DNA of 63,096 nucleotides, the filler included, from Trichomonas gallinae (Eukaryota): assembly GCA_008369845.1 (NCBI GenBank). It is 5 parts of 5 records of this genome, joined end to end, with 100 filler letters (N's around TTAATTAATTAA, not from the genome) between each part and the next. Parts side by side here need not be neighbours in the genome. Positions count along the whole stretch, not along the records: positions 51,292 to 63,096 come from MRSU01001491.1; 4 more parts are not named here. The stretch is one strand, 5' to 3'. Each line of letters opens with the position of its first letter. Positions within the stretch are counted from its first letter, which is position 1. Shown one piece after another: positions 54,907 through 63,096 of the stretch. Below the pieces are notes generated by a model. It did not search any database, was not told the origin of the DNA, and saw only the letters and a list, made by a program, of their open reading frames with translations. The position numbers were made by a program, and so were the translations under genes.

Positions 54907-55694
54907 TGATGGGCAGGTTCATACATCACAAAGGATGGAAAACGGGACCACAAAATCATTGGTATCGCTATGATATTTTGTTAATAATTATAATTTGCAT
55001 TTCTCTCATAGTAGAATGTTACATGGAGTACTACCTGACTGCCCTCATTGGTTTGTCAATGTTCGGCTTCTACTTCGGCCTGGTAAACAATCACACACCG
55101 CACTGGACGATAACAAACATCAAATACAATCTTTGGTCATTATATCTACCGAAAGAGAACTTTTTCACTATGTTCGCTGTTTTCTTCCCAGGATGCACAG
55201 ATATCATGACTGGTGCTTATATCAGTGGTGATCTCGTGATATCAATGTCGAGCAGAATTTTCCTCTTGACATTTGGTGGCTTGTTGATGATGGTAGACTT
55301 TCTCTTCTTGTTGGATACCTTTTGTCTACACACAAGGCATGGAAGAAGTGCGACATCAGACTCTTCACCATTATTTCTAAAGATAAAGAAATCACATCTA
55401 TTAAGAATCAAGGCCGAGATCATTGTCGTCAAAGTCATGGAGAATGATGGAACGATTCGTGACCCATAACAAATGATGGAACGATTCGTGACCCATAACA
55501 AATTCCTGAAACTCCGAGAATTTCTCATGAAATACTCAGCAAACTCATTATTAATCATTTGTACGATGCCTCTTCCTAAAGTCAACATCACTGCATCACT
55601 CTGGACAGTTCTGCTTAACTTTGTCAGTGAAAGCATGCCTCCTTTCATCTGGTCACATGGCAACAATGAATATGTTGTTACATTCACCACATAG
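54907..55694 (+). pseudogene. Internally deleted, frameshifted SLC12 cation-chloride cotransporter pseudogene
   Basis: [25 protein letters not shown] in one frame; [34 protein letters not shown] from 55265 in another; LREFLMKYS...TMPLP...MPPFIWSHGNNEYVVTFTT* at the end. All are NKCC/KCC signatures. Confidence 0.82.
55443..55500 (+). repeat. Perfect 29-bp tandem duplication
   Basis: AATGATGGAACGATTCGTGACCCATAACA at 55443-55471 and 55472-55500. Confidence 0.97.
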
Positions 55695-56362
55695 ATTCTT
55701 ATTTGAAAATCGATAAATGCACAGTGATTTCTCTTGCAATATTAGAATATAGAGTATCCTATCATAGTTACCAACTAGATTTGTTCAACGCTTATTACCG
55801 ATGCGAGTATTGATTGAACAATAACATGGTGAATTTTTGAAAATTATCAAAATATCATTGGATAAAAAAGATTATTGTTCATTATAAAACTTATCAAGAA
55901 CGATATATTTGTTTTACAAAGGACATTAATTTGTTTACAAAAAGAGCTTTCTTCTCTCTAATGATTGGTCCAGATCTGTATTCATATTAAAATCTTGCTA
56001 CTTTGATTCAAACTCGACAACAAATTATGCAACATTGTCAATATCGAATCGATTAGATCACCAATTCATGATTGTCGCAGACTATTTTTCACAGAATGAA
56101 TGCGCAGCTTTTCTCTCTGCTATTTTGAATCCTAAAAAGAATATCGTCTGTACTGAGTTTGATCCATTCTTTGCATGTCGCTCCAAACACTTGTATGAAC
56201 TTAACATTATCACATTAGTTTCATGAAAATAAAAAAAAGATCAGATTCATTTTGTAAATCCTTTTTTAATATGATTTTTTCTATTTATATTTAATTTCTA
56301 TGAATCATTAAATTATTCATATGATCAAACTGCATTAATTGCTGCTTCAATTTTTCTAATAT

Positions 56363-57919
56363 TTAAACATTTTCTGCGTTTGCATTATCTTGAGTTGCTT
56401 TGTTCTTCCTCAAAACTAGAATAATAATAACTATGATGACAATAGCGATTATTATGAATGCGACAGGAAGACCGACTGCAAGTCCAAGATTGACTTTCCC
56501 AGAATTCTGGTCATCAGGAGTAGTTTCAGTTCCCTGAGAAAAGAAAAGCACGTGCGAGCCTTGATAGGGAGTGTGATTTGTTGCACTCACTTTCGACTGC
56601 GCGCCAATGAAAATCGACTTGCAGTCATTTCCCCATGCTTCTGCTGACCCAAACTGGTAGTGTACCCTCTCCTCATCGTTGTAGTATGGGCCTTTCAACA
56701 CTTCGGAGATCTCGAATTTTCCTTCGCTGTTTTGTCTGTAAACAAGGACAACAGGATAGGTTTTATCCGGTTCATCTTTGAATTTGTAGTTTGTGATTTG
56801 GTTAAGGAAAACGTCTTTGGTGCAGAACTCGATTGTTCCGAATGTTGCATCTCCTTCGAATTCTATTGTCTGTGAAACTTCCCACGTTTTGTCATCTTTC
56901 TGCTCGAAAATGAAAAATGTTCCGTTCGAGTAAAATTCGCCGTTTGCTTTCTCGTAGAGTCCCATTGTTGCGAATCTCGTCTGTGCGTCAGTTGGCATTG
57001 ATACGGTGTGTCCATACATGAAGAACTCTAGACCTGTGCGTGTGGAGCTCGGAACAGATATAATGGAATCGACTTTCCAAGATTCACCATCTCTCTTCAT
57101 GTAAACTGTACCAAACTCTTTGGCAAAGTTTTTATTTTGGTTTACAATCTGTGTTGCTATTAAAAGATGAGAAGCATCAGTAAATTGCAAATCAGATCCG
57201 AATTTCATCATTTTTCCTTTTAGTGTTAATCCTGAGTATACATCTTCTGGTCTAATGGCTACAAGATCCGTAAAAGTTCCGTCTTCTTTCTCCTGAGCTG
57301 TCCAAACAATTCCTTGAAAAGATTTTGTTTTCGCAAAGTTAGGTTTGTTATAATAGGCAGAAGCTATGTACTGACAGTCGCTGTCTGTTGACATAGAACG
57401 TCCTAATCCTTGATATTCGTCGAAATATCCGGAATCATTGTAAGCAACAGGATTTTTAACAGTTAAAACAGTGTTTTGCTTCCATTCACCATTCTTATCC
57501 TTGTCAAAGATAACAATTGCGCCAACTTGTTGAACCCAAATTCCATCATCATTTTTCACATTCGAATAAGGGGCACCGCCAATGATTCTGTTGCCACTGG
57601 TGCTGATTTGTAAAGTGGAACCGAAATTAAAAATTTGAACATTTTCTGTATCTTTTGGTGAAATTTTTGTCTTGTAGGTCCATTTTAATTGTTCGGTATC
57701 GAATTCGTATATATAAACAGATCCTGGTGAATGTGCAGTCTTTTCGTCGTTATCTGTGTATTTCGAATGTTGATATCCATCCCAAGAAGCAGAAACAGCA
57801 AGCGTTGTGTATTTGCTGTTAACTGCTACAGCACGTCCATATAATCCAAGTGTGTCTGGATCAGGTTTTAATGTTTCAAAATCTTTTTTCCAGACAATAC
57901 AAAGCAAAAAAACAAACAT
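56363..57919 (-). CDS. Type I membrane protein with FG-GAP (integrin-alpha-like) beta-propeller
   Basis: ATG 57919 with signal MFVFLLCIVW; repeats YGRAVAV..LAVSA..GSVYIY, FGSTLQIS..IIGGAPY..GAIVIF, LGRSMS, FGSDLQF, YGHTVSM and FGSAEAW..IFIGA; C-terminal TM and basic short tail. Confidence 0.75.
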   Translation of the reverse strand: MFVFLLCIVWKKDFETLKPDPDTLGLYGRAVAVNSKYTTLAVSASWDGYQHSKYTDNDEKTAHSPGSVYIYEFDTEQLKWTYKTKISPKDTENVQIFNFGSTLQISTSGNRIIGGAPYSNVKNDDGIWVQQVGAIVIFDKDKNGEWKQNTVLTVKNPVAYNDSGYFDEYQGLGRSMSTDSDCQYIASAYYNKPNFAKTKSFQGIVWTAQEKEDGTFTDLVAIRPEDVYSGLTLKGKMMKFGSDLQFTDASHLLIATQIVNQNKNFAKEFGTVYMKRDGESWKVDSIISVPSSTRTGLEFFMYGHTVSMPTDAQTRFATMGLYEKANGEFYSNGTFFIFEQKDDKTWEVSQTIEFEGDATFGTIEFCTKDVFLNQITNYKFKDEPDKTYPVVLVYRQNSEGKFEISEVLKGPYYNDEERVHYQFGSAEAWGNDCKSIFIGAQSKVSATNHTPYQGSHVLFFSQGTETTPDDQNSGKVNLGLAVGLPVAFIIIAIVIIVIIILVLRKNKATQDNANAENV

Positions 57920-58634
57920 TTTTGTAAAAAAATGAACATTCAAATATATAACGTGTTTCTTTAACATTTCGACAACAGAGAATTAACAGCTTGCTATATA
58001 ATTAGTATGACACTTTAAAATTTTTTTTATTTTTTTGTGATCAAACCATTGAATTTCACCAAATACAAATTTGGAAAAGTTAAAATATAAGGATATACTC
58101 CAAATTTACAAAAATTTGTCCTTTGAAAAAAAGTTTAATTTTCAATGAAAGCAAAGAAATTTTGAGAGTGGAAGAAAATTATTGTTCGTATTTTAATTAT
58201 TATATTATTTAGAACTGAATTTTTAAATATCTGATTTGAAAAGGTTCTCAAAAATCACAGATCAGATTTACTGAAAATATTGACATTATTTGAATTCATG
58301 GATTTAAAGTATGACTTCTAACATGTAATTATACCAGAATTTCAAATTTTAACCTATAAATCGCATTGGAAAATGTTCGGAAATTTGCAAAATCTTTCTT
58401 CAAGCATAATTTTGCACAGAATTCTATATTACTAGTCCAATGGTTATGTAAATTTAACTTAATTTTTAAACTTTTTGATTTCATAAATTTTCTAATCCCA
58501 TTTCTAAGAACATTGCCTTTTATATATCTAAATCTGTATGAGTTTTGACTCACTTAACATGATTCTATAATAATTTCCTATCTATCCACTATGATTAATA
58601 AAAATAATTACAAAATTAATACAAACATGGTAAT

Positions 58635-60896
58635 TTATTCAACAACTTCGATTTGTTTCTTGTTTTCAACAACTGTTTCCTCTTCATCTTCTAAATCAAC
58701 ACTTTCTTCCTGATCATTATCTTCTTCTTCTTCAATATTTTCTACTTGTGAATTTTTCTCCTCTTGAGAACTTTTCTCTTCTTGTGTTTCCTCTTCATTA
58801 TTTGTTTCTTCGATTTTCTCATCTTGTGAACTTTTCTCCTCTTGTGCTTCATCTTCTTTTACTGTTTCATTACTTTGTTCTTTGTGCTTATGTCTGTGTC
58901 TTCTCTTTTTAGTCGCATTCAAATTCACTTCTTCTTCGCCTTCAACTTTCAGCTTTGGCTGAGCTTGTTCTTTCTCGTCAACGAGATTTTGTAGTGCTAC
59001 AGATGATGGGAGAGTGATTCTTGATTTTTCAACGTCTCCACGAACTGTAATAGAAGCCAAATTCTGCAGAGCGATCTTCAACTGTTTTTCGATGAATTTC
59101 ATTCTCTGCTCTGTTTCTTCATTGAGCTTTGCTTCTTCTTCAGCAATGAAATCACGCTTAGCAAGAGAGGTTTTATCATCGCCCTCGAGAACTTTAAGGT
59201 CATCAACCAAAGAGTCAATTGACTGGAAAGCCATTGTTCGTGCTTCATTTATATAACCTCTGGTATCGTCAATAGATCTATGCAAAGTAGAAATCGAGTC
59301 AGATATTTGCTGCCTCAATGCCGTTGATTTCTGTTCAAGTGAATCAATCATAGCTTCAACTCTGTCCATATCTATCCTCTTCGCTTTGATGTATTGTATA
59401 TTTGTATCAGCTGGTTGCATCAACCTTGTTCTGTGATCGTTTACGTTTTTTATTGTATCACGTAGCATTGTTTGTATGTGAGACTCCTGAATTTCTCGCT
59501 CGCGAATGACTACAGATCTCAAGTGATCGAACTTTTTGATCACAGCAGCATGGTTTTCTTTGCAGATCTGAGATTCAGATAATACAGAACTTTCAAGTGA
59601 ATCACGAGCAGATGCGAAATTTGAACGAATGTCAGAAATTGTAGATACAACTTCAGCTGTAACAGCTTTCATGTTTGCATCTGTTTCTGATATTACTGTA
59701 TCTATTTGTCTTGATAAATCCGTTGACGATGTTTCTGTTTCGTTTTGCGTTTGCGTGATTGCATCTGAAATAGAATCTGATAAATCTTCGAGAGAATTTC
59801 TGAAGGCGTCTGTTAATCCTGAAAGAGTATCTTGGATTTCTTTTATTCTCTCTGATGCTCTTTTATTCACTTCTTCCGCCTGCGAGTGAATAATGACAGC
59901 AGATTGCTCACGAGCAGTACTGGCTTCGCGAATTGATGCAGCGAGCTGTGCTGGAGCACTTTTTGTAACAGCAGTGATGTTTCTCACTAGTTCTGTAAAA
60001 GAAGCTGATGCTTTAGCATCAATAGTCTCGAAATCTGTGTTATAATGCGCTAAAGAAGCAATTATCGAATTTTCTCTTTTTTCTAATTTATTTGCTTTTT
60101 GCATCGTGGAGTCCAAAACGTCTCTGGATCTGCCCATATCGGCTCTGATATCCAAAAGTCCATTTTTGGCGCCATCTGAAAATTCAATTAATCGATTTTC
60201 TAACTGCTGTGATTTTCTTAGTCTGTCGTCAAGACTTTCGCGTAATCCATCTGTTAATGAACCGTAATTTGATGATGCTGCATTTAATTGTTCGCGATTA
60301 TGTGTTGTTAAATCGTTAACGTATTTTAATGCACCAGGAATCTTAGCAGACACAGTTGTATCAAGTAAATCATCCACTTCTGCGATTAATTGGTAAATAG
60401 AAGGAAACGTTTTTGATCTCAATCTTTCCGCTGACTCGCTTGACTTAACATAATATGCCTGTTGTTCATCAATTTGGCTCTGTATTAATGATAATCGGTC
60501 TTTAAATGCTCCGGAATCAACAGCGCTTGTATGAACGATAGGACGCGGTAAGTCTGGAACTGTGTCAATTGCGAAACGCGTAACTTCAAGATTTAATGGA
60601 GCAATTGTTGTCTGTGGGAAATTTGGAAGTGGATCTAAAGGCGTCATAGGAAGTGATGAATTAATTCTTGTATTATACGGCACCACCATATTATTCGATC
60701 GTGTTGATGGAGGAGAAACGTATGGAACAGGTGGTTGTGATCTATTTGAATATTGTCGAGAATCAGGAATCGCAACAGCTTGATTTGTGCCATTTCTTTG
60801 TGCATTGCTTGCTATTTGCTGCCGGAGATCGTTAAAATACTGTCTGTCTTGTTGAAGTTTCAAATCCCGTCGCCTTTCAAGCTCAGGGGTGAACAT
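58635..60896 (-). CDS. Hypothetical long coiled-coil protein with acidic tail
   Basis: Likely ATG 60896 (MFTPELERRRDL...), just downstream of an Inr-like GTCACTTTT; extended alpha-helical region. Confidence 0.8.
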   Translation of the reverse strand: MFTPELERRRDLKLQQDRQYFNDLRQQIASNAQRNGTNQAVAIPDSRQYSNRSQPPVPYVSPPSTRSNNMVVPYNTRINSSLPMTPLDPLPNFPQTTIAPLNLEVTRFAIDTVPDLPRPIVHTSAVDSGAFKDRLSLIQSQIDEQQAYYVKSSESAERLRSKTFPSIYQLIAEVDDLLDTTVSAKIPGALKYVNDLTTHNREQLNAASSNYGSLTDGLRESLDDRLRKSQQLENRLIEFSDGAKNGLLDIRADMGRSRDVLDSTMQKANKLEKRENSIIASLAHYNTDFETIDAKASASFTELVRNITAVTKSAPAQLAASIREASTAREQSAVIIHSQAEEVNKRASERIKEIQDTLSGLTDAFRNSLEDLSDSISDAITQTQNETETSSTDLSRQIDTVISETDANMKAVTAEVVSTISDIRSNFASARDSLESSVLSESQICKENHAAVIKKFDHLRSVVIREREIQESHIQTMLRDTIKNVNDHRTRLMQPADTNIQYIKAKRIDMDRVEAMIDSLEQKSTALRQQISDSISTLHRSIDDTRGYINEARTMAFQSIDSLVDDLKVLEGDDKTSLAKRDFIAEEEAKLNEETEQRMKFIEKQLKIALQNLASITVRGDVEKSRITLPSSVALQNLVDEKEQAQPKLKVEGEEEVNLNATKKRRHRHKHKEQSNETVKEDEAQEEKSSQDEKIEETNNEEETQEEKSSQEEKNSQVENIEEEEDNDQEESVDLEDEEETVVENKKQIEVVE

Positions 60897-61658
60897 CCAA
60901 CGTACTAAAAAGTGACAGTGATTTTCTCCAATTTTTGCAAAACTCATCAACAACCATATAAATAGCAATAATATATAAGCTAAAATATATCATTTCTACT
61001 CACATATAAACATCATCATTGAATACAAATGAGAATATCATTTTTTCTTGTTTCTTCAATTTAATTTCGATGAAAAAATATATAAATACTAAAACTCTAT
61101 AGGATAAAATAGACTTTTCCACCGAATAACGTCTATCATTGCTGAATTAAATCGAAAATATCATTTTTTCGTGGCTAGTTAATTCAAATTTCGAGAGAGA
61201 GCATATCAACAATTAAAACATACTGGCCTAATCATGCTATATCTACTCATATTTCTTTATTACTGTTGAATGAATTCGAAATTCTGATTTTTTCATGAAT
61301 TTAGAATTGAAAATTTAGAAAGGTTATTTTATTCAATTATATTTATAAGATTAATCGTGCTGATTCTACTGATACTTATATCCTTGTCTATCAGTTGAAT
61401 TATTATAATTTAATTACTCTTTAAAATGATTGAAATGAGTTATAAAAAAAATAATTTGTGATATTATTATCATGGTCATAAATAATCTACATTTGAAATA
61501 CTGTTCTCTAAATCCGAAAATTAAAATCAACAATTTTATTTTCTCGTTCAAAATCCAAATTTTACTGGAGAAATATGTTTTAAAAATGATATAGAAAATA
61601 GAAAAACAATAAAATTAAGGATGAGGTATAAAAACGTGACATAGATTGAGATCAGAAA

Positions 61659-61679
61659 AGCGGTTATGGTCCAACCTTT
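61659..61679 (+). promoter_or_regulatory. M3 (AGCGGTTA) plus M5 (CCTTT) core promoter of a ribosomal-protein gene
   Basis: AGCGGTTA at 61659-61666 and CCTTT at 61675-61679, 3 nt before the ATG; matches the known T. vaginalis M3/M5 arrangement. Confidence 0.8.
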
Positions 61680-61682
61680 TAC

Positions 61683-62138
61683 ATGCCAACTCGCTTCCAT
61701 AAGAACAGAAAGCTCCGTGGTTATGTTACAATGGGTTACGGTCGTGTCGGTAAGCACCGTGTTTCTCCAGGCGGTCACGGTCGCGCTGGCGGTCAGCACC
61801 ACCAGAGAACATGGTTCGATCGCTTCCACCCAGGCTACTTCGGCAAGGTTGGTATGCGCCATCTTCACCTCATGAAGAACCGTGCTGATGAGTACGAGCC
61901 AACAATCAACGTCGATAAGCTTTGGACACTTGTTCCAGAGGAAGTCCGTGTCAAGGCTGCCGCCGCCAAGAAGGGCGAGGCTGTCCCAGTCATCGATTGC
62001 GTTCAGAATGGTTTCTTCAAGGTCCTCGCCCGCGGTGAGCTCCCACAGATCCCATTCATTGTTCGTGCTAAGGACTTCTCCGAGGAGGCCGAGAAGAAGA
62101 TCAAGGCTGCTGGTGGTGTCTGTGAGAAGGTTCAGTAA
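61683..62138 (+). CDS. RPL27A: 60S ribosomal protein L27a (uL15)
   Basis: [26 protein letters not shown]...GGQHHQR...[11 protein letters not shown]...KIKAAGG. Confidence 0.98.
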   Translation: MPTRFHKNRKLRGYVTMGYGRVGKHRVSPGGHGRAGGQHHQRTWFDRFHPGYFGKVGMRHLHLMKNRADEYEPTINVDKLWTLVPEEVRVKAAAAKKGEAVPVIDCVQNGFFKVLARGELPQIPFIVRAKDFSEEAEKKIKAAGGVCEKVQ

Positions 62139-62724
62139 ATTTACTTCAATATAAACAGGCATATAATATTACATTTAACTACAACATCGAAATAAGTTTT
62201 TTTTATAACTCAAATCGAAAAATAACTCACAAATTTAATACAAATTAAACATGCTTAAGTATTGGTCATATAAATTTTAACCAATACTTCACTCTGATAG
62301 TGGAAATATATACTTCATATATAATTATATTCACCATATTATGCTATCATTGGCTGATCCAAAAAGAATACTTTTTTCGATATTGATATAAAAATGTCTT
62401 AATGCGTTGACGAGCTGCATAAGAGTGATGATATAAAAACTAAATTTAGAGACTCAAATGGCTATTAGAAATAATATCTTAAAAAATAATGAAAGCCAAG
62501 ACATTAAACTCAGGAAAAAAAATGTCTATTTGTGTATATAATAAAATATATGTATAAAATAAGTGGTTGTAACGAACAACTCATTGGACCATATAATATT
62601 TTCTTAATATTACAAGGTAAAAATGGTTTTGTAATTCGTTGTTCAGTGAGATTTCATATGAAATACTCGATTGCATTTTTTTGTAAATCTTTTATAATGA
62701 ACTTAAGCAAAAATCTCATACTGT

Positions 62725-63096
62725 TTAAGCGTGGTACCATCTTGATTTCCTGCGGCCACGAGCCATTTCGAACTTACGGCCGTGGGAAGCAACCTTCGGG
62801 CGTGTCTTGGAGTTGTCATCACCTGGAGCAGCTCCGAAGTGCTTGTTGGCAAGGCGGCGTGTGCGGTCACCCTCGAGGAGGAGGCACTTGTCGCCTGTTG
62901 GGCGGAGCTGAGCGAGCTGATCGAATGTGATGCATTCGCCGCCAGCAGCAAGAATACGGGCGCGGGCTGTCTCAGAGAACTTGAGAGCGCAAACCTTCAT
63001 CTTTGGAACTTCAAGAAGGCGTTCGTCGTTTGTGATCTTAGCGACGAGGACAGCGATTGTCTCGGCATCCTTCTCCTTGAGAGCTGTAGCAAGGCG
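62725..63096 (-). CDS. RPL18: 60S ribosomal protein L18 (eL18), 5' end outside window
   Basis: ...ITNDERLLEVPKMKVCALKFSETARARILAAGGECITFDQLA...KHFGAAPG...GRKFEMARGRRKSR. Confidence 0.97.
   Translation of the reverse strand, partial: RLATALKEKDAETIAVLVAKITNDERLLEVPKMKVCALKFSETARARILAAGGECITFDQLAQLRPTGDKCLLLEGDRTRRLANKHFGAAPGDDNSKTRPKVASHGRKFEMARGRRKSRWYHA

Noticed and set aside
55900..56226. Short ORF or coding-like sequence between the SLC12 relic and the FG-GAP gene
   Set aside because: No motif, non-ATG start, and interrupted on the opposite strand.
1..63096. Spliceosomal introns, Maverick or Mariner elements, rRNA and tRNA genes
   Set aside because: No ACTAACACACAG-type intron end, transposase, integrase or RNA-gene signature was recognised by eye; short elements could have been missed.

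Overview
AT-rich, intron-poor eukaryotic DNA, almost certainly from a trichomonad (Trichomonas vaginalis or a close relative). Support: a hydrogenosomal pyruvate:ferredoxin oxidoreductase with an MLRNF leader, TCA(C/T)T initiator and M3/M5 core-promoter motifs just upstream of ATGs, two R2R3-Myb genes and typical trichomonad surface-protein tails. The window is a scaffold of five contigs joined by artificial N44-TTAATTAATTAA-N44 linkers, so adjacency across gaps is unproven and four genes are cut by gaps. It holds about 27 protein-coding genes or fragments: DnaJ, PP1-like phosphatase, UGGT-like protein, giant HECT ligase, Cep192/SPD-2-like protein, RalGAP-beta-like protein, CK1, cytosolic carboxypeptidase, two Myb, GT64, two Bap-like fragments, PFOR, TBL1-like, XPF, PAP2, a CAP-domain repeat surface protein, CFAP45-like, an FG-GAP surface protein, uL15, eL18 and several hypotheticals. 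Two pseudogenes are present (ankyrin, and a collapsed SLC12 cotransporter). No CRISPR array, tRNA/rRNA or intact transposon was recognised. Most notable: a probable Cep192/SPD-2 homologue, a UGGT paralogue lacking its catalytic motifs, twin E2F-type palindromes upstream of a Myb gene, and a clustered TGACAAATAAAC promoter motif. All family calls rest on motifs recalled from memory; no database search was run.
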